A DNA stretch of 64,000 nt from a virus. Shown piece by piece: positions 1-8,504 of the stretch; position 1 is the stretch's first letter, and every line of letters begins with the position of its first letter. Position numbers and translations under genes: made by a program. The stretch lies in IMG/VR virus record IMGVR_UViG_3300027806_000003, positions 1-64,000 of that record. One strand, written 5' to 3'. Below the pieces are notes generated by a model. The model worked only from the letters and a program-made list of their open reading frames with translations. It made no database searches and had not been told where the DNA came from.

Positions 1-42
1 TTCCCAAGCTGAATGTCGGGAGTTCGATCCTCCTCGCCCGCT
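1..42 (+). tRNA. tRNA-Gly(CCC), 3' half (cut by window edge); probable att core of phage B
   Basis: Anticodon loop TTCCCAA, then GCTGA, T-arm GGGAG-TTCGATC-CTCCT, acceptor strand CGCCCGC-T; no encoded CCA. Confidence 0.9.
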
Positions 43-129
43 TTAGCAGACCCTAGTTTCCTCGACTGGATCTGCGAGGCCCTGCTCGGGCCGCTGCCAC
101 TGAACAGCATTGAGCGCAACGCCGACCCA

Positions 130-164
130 AGCCCCCGGCCGCTAACCGGGGGCTCGGCGTTTTT
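130..164 (+). terminator. Putative intrinsic terminator downstream of tRNA-Gly
   Basis: Stem AGCCCCCGG / CCGGGGGCT followed by CGGCGTTTTT. Confidence 0.55.
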
Positions 165-355
165 GGGCTCAGTCAGGTGGTGCGGGGTGCAAGAAAATCA
201 AGGGGTACCTCTGGGTTTGATGTGTACCGGCTGTGGAAAAGGGCAAGGGGTATCGACTCCCGGCCTATCCATCGGCTCGAATGTGGGGCGGGTTGAGCCG
301 GATCTGGGCCTGCGTGTGTAGGTCACCAACGGCGGGTTATCGGTGGAGAGGCTTC

Positions 356-811
356 ATGGCTCGCTGGAACGTCGAAGTGATCAGCCCGAGCACCGGCGCT
401 CAGCGTCTCGTGGAAGTCAGGGCTGCCTCGTCCGATGAGGCTCGGACCATCGCCTCGGACATGCAGATCGGCGTTGTCGGGACGGCGGTGCGGCTGCCCG
501 ACCTCCCGCCCACAGACGAGCAGATGGCGGCGGTGCTGGATCGGTTGACGATGATCGAAGCCGCGGCGATGAGAATCGCGAAGTCCCGATTGGTTGAGCG
601 GCCGCGTCGGTCTGTCGCGTGGGGGATCGTTCTCGGCGTTCTGTTCTTGATGCTGATCTGGCTCGTGTTGCTGCTGAGCGTGGTGGCACTGAATGCGATC
701 TTTGCAGTATCGCTGATGAACGAGTTGACGAAGCGAGCTCAGACGAATCCCGCTCCTGCGCCGAGTTCGATCTTGTCCACGCCCCGGGAGCCTGGGCGTC
801 TCTCTCGATGA
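356..811 (+). CDS. Membrane protein (moron) with PilC/GspF-N-terminus-like domain
   Basis: GGAGAG RBS before ATG 356; MARWNVEVISPSTGAQRLVEVRAASSDEAR...; long C-terminal hydrophobic segment. Confidence 0.75.
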   Translation: MARWNVEVISPSTGAQRLVEVRAASSDEARTIASDMQIGVVGTAVRLPDLPPTDEQMAAVLDRLTMIEAAAMRIAKSRLVERPRRSVAWGIVLGVLFLMLIWLVLLLSVVALNAIFAVSLMNELTKRAQTNPAPAPSSILSTPREPGRLSR

Positions 812-824
812 ATGGAGTTCTGTC

Positions 825-1475
825 GTGCCCGATTGGAAGATCGAAGTCATCAGCCCGCGGGATGGAACAATCTCGCACGTGGAGGTCAAGGCTCCGACTG
901 CGGAGGTCGCGCGTCAGGCTGTTGCGCTCACGGGTGCTGGAGTCGTCGGCGCGGCGACGCTTATCCGCCTGGATGCCGATCCGGTAGTCGTCACGGCTGC
1001 GCGTCCCGACGATCAGCCCGAGCGGGAGCTCGCGGACCTGCGGCCGTCGGTGCTGCTGATGGTGCCTCCCGTGTTTGGCCTGTGCGCCTGGTCGTCGCTC
1101 ACGTACTTGCTCATCGCGATGGTGCCCGGACCGATGGAGGCGCTGCTCGCGCTTGTCGCCGGCTGCATGGCCTTCTGGTCGATCGTTCGCGTGCTGGACT
1201 GTGCGATGTACATTCATCGCACGCGACTCGTGCTCACAAGCCAGAGGGTGATTGCCCGCGGCGGCACGCTCTTTACAACGAAGCGCATGGAGTCTCCGCT
1301 CCGGTCTGTGGAGACGATCGGCACGGCGAACACGCTGTGGGGAAGCGTGCTGGGTCTCTGGACCGTCGGCGTGTCATTCAACGGCGGCACTCGGACGCAG
1401 ATCCGCGGCGTCGCCGAGGCTCCCGTGGTTGTTGAGAAGCTCAATCGAGCCATCGAGCAGCAGCGACGGCGCTGA
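825..1475 (+). CDS. Membrane protein with bacterial PH (bPH_2-like) domain; N-terminus paralogous to 356-811
   Basis: GGAG + GTG; MPDWKIEVISPRDG...; 2 TM segments then LVLTSQRVIARGGTLF...SPLRSVETI...WGSVLGLWTV, typical of bPH_2. Confidence 0.8.
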   Translation: MPDWKIEVISPRDGTISHVEVKAPTAEVARQAVALTGAGVVGAATLIRLDADPVVVTAARPDDQPERELADLRPSVLLMVPPVFGLCAWSSLTYLLIAMVPGPMEALLALVAGCMAFWSIVRVLDCAMYIHRTRLVLTSQRVIARGGTLFTTKRMESPLRSVETIGTANTLWGSVLGLWTVGVSFNGGTRTQIRGVAEAPVVVEKLNRAIEQQRRR

Positions 1476-1504
1476 GCGTCAGTTCCCTTTACGGACTCCC
1501 AGAC

Positions 1505-2344
1505 ATGCCCGATCTAGAAACGAAGCGCAAGCCCCGTGTCCGCATGACCCAGGTGCAGGCCGCGACCCCCGCGGGCAGGAAGCTCGTTGAGTCGATTCTC
1601 CAAGCGTGCCATGACGGGCAGATCGAGTACCGCGAGGCCGAACAGGTCTTCACGTGTCTGGCGGCGGTCGGCGAATCGATCCCCGCGGCTGGATACCTGC
1701 GCGTCATCCTGATGGAGTCGCTCGAGGATGGCTCGATCGACGAGCACGATGCCTATCGCCTCAAGCAGGCCTTCATCGACGTCGTTCCGCGCGAGGTTAA
1801 GCCGGTCATCGAGACCCACCTGCAGGGGATCGGGCTTCCGGCTCCCGAGGTGGTGTCGCACATCGACCAGCCTCCGTGGTGGTCGGACCCGATGACTGGC
1901 AAGCAGGCGCAGTTCATCGCCAGCCTGGGCGGCGTCGTGCGTGGCGACATGACCAAGGGCCAGGCGAGCCTCCTGATCGATCAGTTGCTCAATCGCCAAC
2001 CGCCGACGCCGCGGCAGATCATGCTCCTTCGCTTCTTCAATCGCCTCGACCTAGCGGACTCTTCGCGCGAAGAGATCAGCGGGTTCGTCGCGGAGCTCAC
2101 CCGCTCCGATCCCGAAGCGATGTTGTACTGGGATCGGTTCAAGGCCCAGACTCAGCAACCCAAGGGATGCCGCGATCCGCTGGTCGTGCCGATCGGCGCG
2201 TACGCGAAGATGAAGGCGGGAAAGACCTTCACGCCCAGCATCGCTGGATCGAACGGATCTCGGCGGCGAATCGTCGCTTTGATCATCGCTCTGATCGCCT
2301 TCATCGTCGCCTCAGCGCTCGTTCAGACGCTGCTGGGGGCGTAA
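1505..2344 (+). CDS. Hypothetical protein, C-terminal TM anchor, two TxxQ...AS/IS..I..L helical repeats
   Basis: 279-aa ORF; PMTGKQAQFIASLG..MTKGQASLLIDQLL and PPTPRQIMLLRFF..SREEISGFVAEL; TM IVALIIALIAFIVASALV. Confidence 0.75.
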   Translation: MPDLETKRKPRVRMTQVQAATPAGRKLVESILQACHDGQIEYREAEQVFTCLAAVGESIPAAGYLRVILMESLEDGSIDEHDAYRLKQAFIDVVPREVKPVIETHLQGIGLPAPEVVSHIDQPPWWSDPMTGKQAQFIASLGGVVRGDMTKGQASLLIDQLLNRQPPTPRQIMLLRFFNRLDLADSSREEISGFVAELTRSDPEAMLYWDRFKAQTQQPKGCRDPLVVPIGAYAKMKAGKTFTPSIAGSNGSRRRIVALIIALIAFIVASALVQTLLGA

Positions 2345-2554
2345 GGCGATCACCCTTGCTGACAACCGGGTTATTTGGATATTCACTCCACTCATCTAGG
2401 GGCAACTGAAATCCGAACAAGCAGTGGAACCACTGGTTGTGAGCAGGCTGGCGTTGTCAATGGCCTGGGGACGCCCGATACTTCATCGTGCTGAATGCAC
2501 GCGGCGAATTGGGTTTGCTTGATCCGCCGCCCTGAACCCGGAAAGGGAATACCG

Positions 2555-2926
2555 ATGTCCGTGCTTGTTCGCGCCAATGTTCGCCTCTTGGAGAGCCCCA
2601 AGGTTCTCGAGGCCCATCTTTTTGACCTCGGATTGACGATCTCGGCTCCGGACGACGCGTCCTTGGTCTCTGAGATCCGCGCGGCGCTCATCGGGCACTA
2701 CATCATTGCCAATCGCGAGAGTCGCGTTCCGTTTGCCGATATGGTTTGCAGCCCGGGCTTTGCTGACGAGGAGCTGTACAACCGGACCCACGTGCTTAAG
2801 GGCACGAACGCTCGACGACTCGATCTGCCTTCCGACGTTCGAGAGGCGTTGTCCAAGGCTCTTGGCCTCGTCAATCGAAACGGGACGCATCCGGCTGATT
2901 CTGTTCGCCTCGTGGTGGCCGCGTGA
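2555..2926 (+). CDS. Possible HicB-like antitoxin
   Basis: RBS GAAAGGG; LEAHLFDLGLTISAPDDASLVSEIRAALIGHY resembles the HicB beta-beta-alpha core; GTGA-coupled to next gene. Confidence 0.45.
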   Translation: MSVLVRANVRLLESPKVLEAHLFDLGLTISAPDDASLVSEIRAALIGHYIIANRESRVPFADMVCSPGFADEELYNRTHVLKGTNARRLDLPSDVREALSKALGLVNRNGTHPADSVRLVVAA

Positions 2927-3204
2927 GTCAGGTTTCTGGCGAGCCTTGGCTTGCTCGAGATGGGTTGCCGCCAATGACTGGCGAGCACCTTGTTGAGTAT
3001 CTGCGCGCGAGTGGCGCTGTGATCGAGGTAGTTGTGCACGAGGCCGCAAGGGGTCTTGAGAGACCTCTTTTCATTGCGACGCTCAACGGCCGCTCGATTC
3101 CACTGCCGCTGTTTCGCGACCGTCCAATATCTCCGCGGCATGCCCGGGATCTGTGTCAGCGGCTCGGACTACCGGTGCCCTCGAACTGGGCAGTTGTGAT
3201 GTGA
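2923..3204 (+). CDS. Possible HicA-like toxin
   Basis: MTGEHLVEYLRASG...RSIPLP..RPISPRHARDLCQRLGL fits HicA size and pattern, but the canonical GSH motif is absent. Confidence 0.45.
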   Translation: MSQVSGEPWLARDGLPPMTGEHLVEYLRASGAVIEVVVHEAARGLERPLFIATLNGRSIPLPLFRDRPISPRHARDLCQRLGLPVPSNWAVVM

Positions 3205-3248
3205 CTGGCGATCGGATCTGTGCCTGTCATTTCCCGAGGGCCTTACGC

Positions 3249-3740
3249 CTACATCGCCGTCGCACGAAGGTGCCTATGGCGATGCAGTTTCCGCCGGCAC
3301 ACCCGAAGCCATCGGTCTAGGTTCGTCGCGGCCCACCATGCGACGCGCACGGCCCGCTTTGCCTGCACGATGCACCCGCACCCCGGAACCTTCGGGGCTC
3401 TCACCGTGCTGATGCTGCCCTTGCTCCACAGCTCGAGGCGCTGCCACATCGGCGCGCCGTGAGTCTTCACGCGGATGTTCAGCCGCCCGATCGTGATCGG
3501 CGTGTGGACGATGCCCTTGGCATCCGGATGGCGGCCCTCGGGGCAAGGCAGGCCGTAGACCGTGTGCTCGTCCACCGTGTACCCCGACCGCGAGCACACG
3601 CCGGCATCGGCGTGCTCGCCGGTCTGCCGCATGTTCGGGCACGCCGCGCAGATGACCGCTCGCGTCACCGTCTGTCCGTCGCGCTTCGCGCCGTTGCGAC
3701 ACGCGATCGTGCCCTTTGTCTGTCCGCATCCGCAGGTCAT
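3249..3740 (-). CDS. Cys-rich small protein, last late gene (allele 1)
   Basis: ATGA-coupled to upstream gene; MTCGCG..CAAC..C..CPEGRH..GCGC; N-terminal part identical to 42461-42949. Confidence 0.75.
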   Translation of the reverse strand: MTCGCGQTKGTIACRNGAKRDGQTVTRAVICAACPNMRQTGEHADAGVCSRSGYTVDEHTVYGLPCPEGRHPDAKGIVHTPITIGRLNIRVKTHGAPMWQRLELWSKGSISTVRAPKVPGCGCIVQAKRAVRVAWWAATNLDRWLRVCRRKLHRHRHLRATAM

Positions 3741-4573
3741 GGAAGGTTCCCTCCTCCGCCGATAATGCCGCGGCACTCTGGCGTGTCGGTAAAGTACGCT
3801 TTGGGGTTCCTTCGGTCGCCAGAGCCTGGTGCGCTGAACTGCTTGAACCCAGAAGATTCGGCTTCGTCAAACTCGCCATTACCAAGATTGAGACGCTGAA
3901 GCCTGTAGTACGCGGAGCGTCGGCAGTCAAAGAACGCCCGAACGATGTCCACTTCGCACGCCCCGCACGCCAAGATGTCAGGCGGCGGGGGCTGCCTGCC
4001 AAAGCAAGAAAAGAACCCGCTGAATGGGCCGTTGGGGTATGGTTCGGAGGCGAAGCAGTTGAAGGGTTGCGGCGTTACTTGGCTCACCGTCGTGGTGGTG
4101 CCGCTAACCGGGTCTGTCCTGATGCGAGTTAGCGTGGCGGAGCCCGACCATTCACAGCAGTCTCCGGGGGTCGCGTTAGGCCGCTGCGACCACGTGACAT
4201 TGCTCTCGAAGATTTGCTCTTCAACCGTCTCGCCGCCGGCTCGAACGGATCGACTCTTGAAGGTCCATCGCATCCGCGCGGTCATGCCTGCAATCTGGCA
4301 CTCGTCGGTCGGAATAAGGTATGTGCCAGGCGGCGCGTTTGGGTCGATCGGATTCGGATCGTCGATCATCCTGCACAGAAATGGACAGCAACAATTCGCA
4401 CACACCGCGTTTGTGCCAACATCGGCACATCGGGCTATCTGTTCTCCCTGCGGCTGAAATGGAAGCGGACAACCTGTGCCATACTCCGGACCTCGGGGTG
4501 CCGACGGGTCGAACCACGGCGGCGGGCCGCCCGGCCCCCACGGCGGCTCGCCATTCCACCCATCACCGCAGCA
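3513..4573 (+). repeat. 1061-bp direct repeat, copy 1
   Basis: Matches 42722-43782 at offset 39209; ORF translations in several frames are identical. Confidence 0.95.
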
Positions 4574-4654
4574 CTCCTCGGCGCACGCGGCGGTGGCCCC
4601 GCGTCCGCCCTTCCGCCCGCCCTTGCCGTTGATCCGCAGCATCTTCTGGGCCAT
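3737..4654 (-). CDS. Cys-rich putative tail-end protein (phage A N-terminus)
   Basis: 305 aa, 19 Cys (CC, CCC, CxxC); directly downstream of tail genes. Confidence 0.75.
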   Translation of the reverse strand: MAQKMLRINGKGGRKGGRGATAACAEECCGDGWNGEPPWGPGGPPPWFDPSAPRGPEYGTGCPLPFQPQGEQIARCADVGTNAVCANCCCPFLCRMIDDPNPIDPNAPPGTYLIPTDECQIAGMTARMRWTFKSRSVRAGGETVEEQIFESNVTWSQRPNATPGDCCEWSGSATLTRIRTDPVSGTTTTVSQVTPQPFNCFASEPYPNGPFSGFFSCFGRQPPPPDILACGACEVDIVRAFFDCRRSAYYRLQRLNLGNGEFDEAESSGFKQFSAPGSGDRRNPKAYFTDTPECRGIIGGGGNLP

Positions 4655-5128
4655 TCACACACCTCCCTCGCCGCCCGCACTCACGCAGTCATCGGGCGCG
4701 ATCTGCTCACGGAGAATCCACAGCCGCGCCACCGGCTCCCCCTCGCTGTCGACCTCGCGCACCACAAAGCACAGATCGCCAACGACCGACGGATGAATCA
4801 CCCAGTCATCTCCGCGGCTCGGCCGCCCGTAGTACGGCGTCATGTTCGCCTGCTCGAATCTCTCGCCCAGCGCCGTGACCGTGTACGTCACGCTCCCGGC
4901 CGCCGTCGGCGTGTTGTGGCTGGCGGTCGTGATGCGGCATGGGATCACCATCCGCGCCAGCAGCAGCGCAAAGGCGTGCAGCGCATCGGCGGGCCTTCCG
5001 GCAACGCCCTGCTCGCGCACCTGCGCGATCGCCGCGCCCAGCGCGTTGAAGACTTCGGCGGTGATCGGATCACGCCGCTGCACAGTCGGGATCGCCGGCA
5101 GCGGCGTCTGGTTCGGCTGCGTGCTCAT
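4655..5128 (-). CDS. Putative tail tip protein
   Basis: ATGA-coupled start MSTQPNQ; C-terminal RITTAS..PT..GSVTYTV..P.YG.P..I.P.VVG is similar to the C-terminus of 43863-45089. Confidence 0.65.
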   Translation of the reverse strand: MSTQPNQTPLPAIPTVQRRDPITAEVFNALGAAIAQVREQGVAGRPADALHAFALLLARMVIPCRITTASHNTPTAAGSVTYTVTALGERFEQANMTPYYGRPSRGDDWVIHPSVVGDLCFVVREVDSEGEPVARLWILREQIAPDDCVSAGGEGGV

Positions 5129-5910
5129 GGGAACAGCACCCCCGCGTCCCAGGAGATCTCGGGGTAGATCTTGGCGCTGACAAGCCCCACGCTCCAGTCC
5201 AGCACCCCGCTGCTGTTCTCCGGTGCCCAGCGCACCAGGTGATCCTCGGCCGCCACAAACTCCAGCACGAACCGCAGCACGCCGTCGACAACCTCCGGGG
5301 CTCGAATGCCCCGGAACCGCAGTTTGCCCGCGTTGTAGTTCTGCTTGCCGCTGATGCCATAGGGCCGCGGCACCGCGATCGTGTTGGCGTTGACGCTGTC
5401 CAGGTAACTCAGGATCGTGTTGTTGTTCGTCGCGTACCAGCTCGGCGAGCGGAAGACCGTCACGCGGATGATCCTGCGGCTGATCTCCCGGGGCACGCCC
5501 TGCCCGTTGGCCAGGGGCCTCGCGCTGGTCGGCGCTCCGGTATCGGGCCGCCAGGGCTGGTAGATGATCACGCTGTCCTTCTCGACATCCTCCTCGCAGA
5601 AGGCCGTGTTGGCGATCGCCCGCCGCCGCGCCGCCCCGATCGTCGGCGGCGCAAAGTCGCAGGTCACTTCCCACTGGCGATTGGGCGACACGCCGCCGAT
5701 GTACTGCGGGTCCATGCTCTGCAGCAGGCTCAGCGCACCCGCGCCAGCGCTGAAGGCGTCGAACATCGCCGGCATACCCGTCGCCGCGTAGACCGCATCG
5801 AGATCATCGGCCCCGAGCACGCGGTAGATCTTCCGCCCAACATACCCGTCGGTGGTGCGCCGCAGCGACGGCGCCTTGCCCGTAGCCGTGATCAGTTCCG
5901 CCGTCGCCAT
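5125..5910 (-). CDS. Putative distal tail protein
   Basis: First gene after tape measure; positional and weak sequence similarity to 45089-45922 (VN...G.L.F.G). Confidence 0.6.
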   Translation of the reverse strand: MATAELITATGKAPSLRRTTDGYVGRKIYRVLGADDLDAVYAATGMPAMFDAFSAGAGALSLLQSMDPQYIGGVSPNRQWEVTCDFAPPTIGAARRRAIANTAFCEEDVEKDSVIIYQPWRPDTGAPTSARPLANGQGVPREISRRIIRVTVFRSPSWYATNNNTILSYLDSVNANTIAVPRPYGISGKQNYNAGKLRFRGIRAPEVVDGVLRFVLEFVAAEDHLVRWAPENSSGVLDWSVGLVSAKIYPEISWDAGVLFP

Positions 5911-5946
5911 GGTCGCTTCCTTTCACCTTCGCAGCTTCTTCCCGGT

Positions 5947-6043
5947 CCTCCACCGGTTCCCACCGGGGCAGGTGCGGCGTCTTCGCCGCGGAGGGGGCGC
6001 ATTCATTTGGCCATTTGACCACTTGCCCATTTGCCCATTTGCC
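5947..6043 (+). repeat. Family-2 palindromic element followed by CCATTTG(A/C) octamer array
   Basis: CCTCC..GGGG(C/G)AGGTG..CGGAGGGGGCG then ~5 octamers; other family-2 copies at 11553, 13986, 18906, 22548, 39115, 40738. Confidence 0.85.
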
Positions 6044-6055
6044 GCGTCTTCGCGG

Positions 6056-7474
6056 CTACCCAAACACCGCCCCCCCGTCCCTGGCCGCGATCTTCTCCAG
6101 CAGCACCACGGCCCGCTGCACACCCGCCGCGGTCTGCTGCGTACTCGTGGCCGTCGCCTGAGCAAAGGCCATCGCGGGCGACACACCAAAGACCTGGGCC
6201 GCCAGCCCCGCGTTGATCGCCCCGCCCGCCAGCGTGCGGGCCTGGGTGAAACTGCTCGGCTCGGGCCTGCTCGCCTCGGCGGCAAAGCGTCCGCGCAGGG
6301 CCTCGTTGGCGATCAGCGCCCGCGTCCGCTCGCTCTCGCTCAGGCTGGTGTTCTTGAGGATCTCCGCCCGCCGCTGCTCAAACTCCAGCGCCGTGGCCGC
6401 CAGGTCCGCGTCCTTCTGCCGCCCCTGCAATCGCAGGAGTTCGATGCGGTACTGCTCCTCCTGCAGCCGGATCGCCTCGGCGGCCGCGTCCTGCTCCTGC
6501 TGCCTGGTCATGTTCATGCGGGCCTGCGTGGCCTCGTAGGCGGCCTGGGCCTGGTCGATGAGCTCCTGCCGCGCGATCGGGTCGGCCACGTCCATCGCCG
6601 CGGCGCGGGCCTGCAGGAACGCGGCCTGGGATGAGAAGAACTCCGCCTCGCGGTCATCGCCCCGGCTCTGGGCCAGCGCCGCGCGGCTCTGGGCGATGGC
6701 GATCTGGGTCTTCTCGATTTCCTTCTCCGCCGCCAGCCTGCTCTCGCTCTCGGTCTTCATCGCCTTGGCCGCGGCCTCGGCGGTGCGCTTCTGCTCCTCG
6801 AGCAACGCGATGGCCGCCTCGCGGCCCCGCAACTCCGCCCGCGCCGCATCATCGAGCCCCTTGTCCTGGGCGATCGCCTGCTGCCTCCGCATCAGGTCAA
6901 GCTGAGAGGCCAGCGCCGCGGCGGTATCCTCGTCGCCGCGGGCGCGTGCCTCGCGGATCTTCTGCTCAAGGGCCAGCTCTTCCTTGCGGGCCTCAATGCG
7001 CAGCCGATCGGCCCTTGCCTCAAGCGACTGAATCGTGCTCCGTACAATGCCGCTGGGATCGCCCTCGTCGCCGACCAACCCTAATCCGATCTGCACAGTC
7101 GTCTGCACGGCGCGTTCATACACACGATTGAGATAGTCCAGGAACCCGGCCGCTGCACCGCCTGCAATCGCGTAGCTCCTGGCCAGATCACCGCCGATGT
7201 TCCGGCTGAGCCTGCTGCTTGCTGCGGACAGCTGATCGACCTTGGGCAGCAACTCCGCATACTGCTCCTGATACTGCCGGGTCATCCTGATCGCCACGGC
7301 CGTCATCGCCGCAAGAGTGCCCACGCCACCGCCGGCAACACCGAACGCGCGACCGGCCATGATCCACGACTGATTCAGCGTGCGTGCGGACATCTCGCCG
7401 GTCGTCTGCACGCGCCGCAGCCCGCGCACGACATCCGCATCGTCCATCGTCGCCACAATCCGCACATCGCTCAT
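6056..7474 (-). CDS. Tape measure protein (short)
   Basis: 472 aa, Ala/Glu/Arg-rich helical; N-terminal DVRIVATMDD; position after tail chaperones. Confidence 0.7.
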   Translation of the reverse strand: MSDVRIVATMDDADVVRGLRRVQTTGEMSARTLNQSWIMAGRAFGVAGGGVGTLAAMTAVAIRMTRQYQEQYAELLPKVDQLSAASSRLSRNIGGDLARSYAIAGGAAAGFLDYLNRVYERAVQTTVQIGLGLVGDEGDPSGIVRSTIQSLEARADRLRIEARKEELALEQKIREARARGDEDTAAALASQLDLMRRQQAIAQDKGLDDAARAELRGREAAIALLEEQKRTAEAAAKAMKTESESRLAAEKEIEKTQIAIAQSRAALAQSRGDDREAEFFSSQAAFLQARAAAMDVADPIARQELIDQAQAAYEATQARMNMTRQQEQDAAAEAIRLQEEQYRIELLRLQGRQKDADLAATALEFEQRRAEILKNTSLSESERTRALIANEALRGRFAAEASRPEPSSFTQARTLAGGAINAGLAAQVFGVSPAMAFAQATATSTQQTAAGVQRAVVLLEKIAARDGGAVFG

Positions 7475-8253
7475 CGTGGTGCTCCCGCGTTCATGCTTGC
7501 CAAGATCGCCTTGCGTCCGGTGGTGATCCCCAGTTGCCGCAGCAGCGCCGCGGCCTTCTGCGCCAGCCGTTTCTTGAACTCCACGATCCGCGCGTGGGGC
7601 TCGCGGTTGGACACCATGATCGTGCTCCGCTCCGGGGTGTGCTCGGCTCTGCCGACTCCGCCGTAGACCTTGGCCCGCACCGTCGTCAGCCTCGGCCTGC
7701 CGCTCCTGGTGCGCGTCTTGCCGAAGATCAGCACCCCCTGCCCGCCGCTGGCCATGTACAGATCAAGCTCGGTCCGGCTCCGCCGGTGCCGATCGTCCGC
7801 GTCCTCTTCCCACTTGCGCAGTTTGGTCAGCCGCGTCCGCAGTTCCCGCAGCCGCAGTTGCATCGCGCTCGACCGCCGCCCCTGGGCGATCGTCGCCTCG
7901 GCCGACCGCAAACTCCGCTCGGTCTTGTCCACGGCCATGCGCGCCACCTGCAGTTCCTTCCACCGCTCGACAACCTGCACCGCCAGCCGATCGGCCCACT
8001 GCTCGGCAAAGCGGCTCTTGCGCACCTCCGGCACGGGAAACGGGCCGATGCCCGCCTGGTTGCCCGCCATCGCCCACGCGCGGCTGTACCGCATCGTGTC
8101 GCGCGGGCTCACGGCCAGCACCGCCCGCATCGCCGTGCGGAAACTCATCCGCATCGCTTCCACACGCGCGCCGGGGATCCTCCGCCGCGCAAACTCGATC
8201 CGCTCCTTCAGCGGCCGCACGTTCACGCGTACAACCATCGCCCCGGTGCTCAT
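7471..8253 (-). CDS. Putative neck/tail-completion (HK97 gp10-like) protein with coiled-coil insert
   Basis: Basic protein; SPRDT..YSRAW and VSNREPHARIVEF motifs; same position as 47953-48525. Confidence 0.5.
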   Translation of the reverse strand: MSTGAMVVRVNVRPLKERIEFARRRIPGARVEAMRMSFRTAMRAVLAVSPRDTMRYSRAWAMAGNQAGIGPFPVPEVRKSRFAEQWADRLAVQVVERWKELQVARMAVDKTERSLRSAEATIAQGRRSSAMQLRLRELRTRLTKLRKWEEDADDRHRRSRTELDLYMASGGQGVLIFGKTRTRSGRPRLTTVRAKVYGGVGRAEHTPERSTIMVSNREPHARIVEFKKRLAQKAAALLRQLGITTGRKAILASMNAGAPR

Positions 8254-8504
8254 GGCCTGCCCGCTTCCTGCGTCATGCGCACAAGTTCAAAGGCCACAAG
8301 CTGCTCGCGCAGCCCCGGCTCAAAGGCGTCGATCTCCCTCGGGTCGATCGCAAATCGCTCGCACACCCGCAGGTGCATGTACAGCCCGGTGTACGCCAGG
8401 CCCGCATCGGCCTTGCCGACAAGGCCCAGGAGCCGTTCATCGTCGGCCTCCGCCGCGGTCGGTCGTTGCCTCTGCTCGCCGCGGCCCGAGCGGATCAGTT
8501 TCCC
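8250..8504 (-). CDS. Tail assembly chaperone -1 frameshift extension (gpT-like)
   Basis: Slippery G GGA AAC (8504-8498) just before the gpG stop; -1 frame open (KLIRSG..HLRVCERFAIDPREID..EQLVAFEL) to a TGA overlapping the next ATG. Confidence 0.8.
   Translation of the reverse strand, partial: GKLIRSGRGEQRQRPTAAEADDERLLGLVGKADAGLAYTGLYMHLRVCERFAIDPREIDAFEPGLREQLVAFELVRMTQEAGRP

Larger units (their letters stand above)
1..3512. mobile_element. Prophage B, left arm (morons next to tRNA-Gly att)
   Basis: Follows tRNA core; ends in the repeat shared with 42722-43782; lacks the repeat families typical of phage A. Confidence 0.6.
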
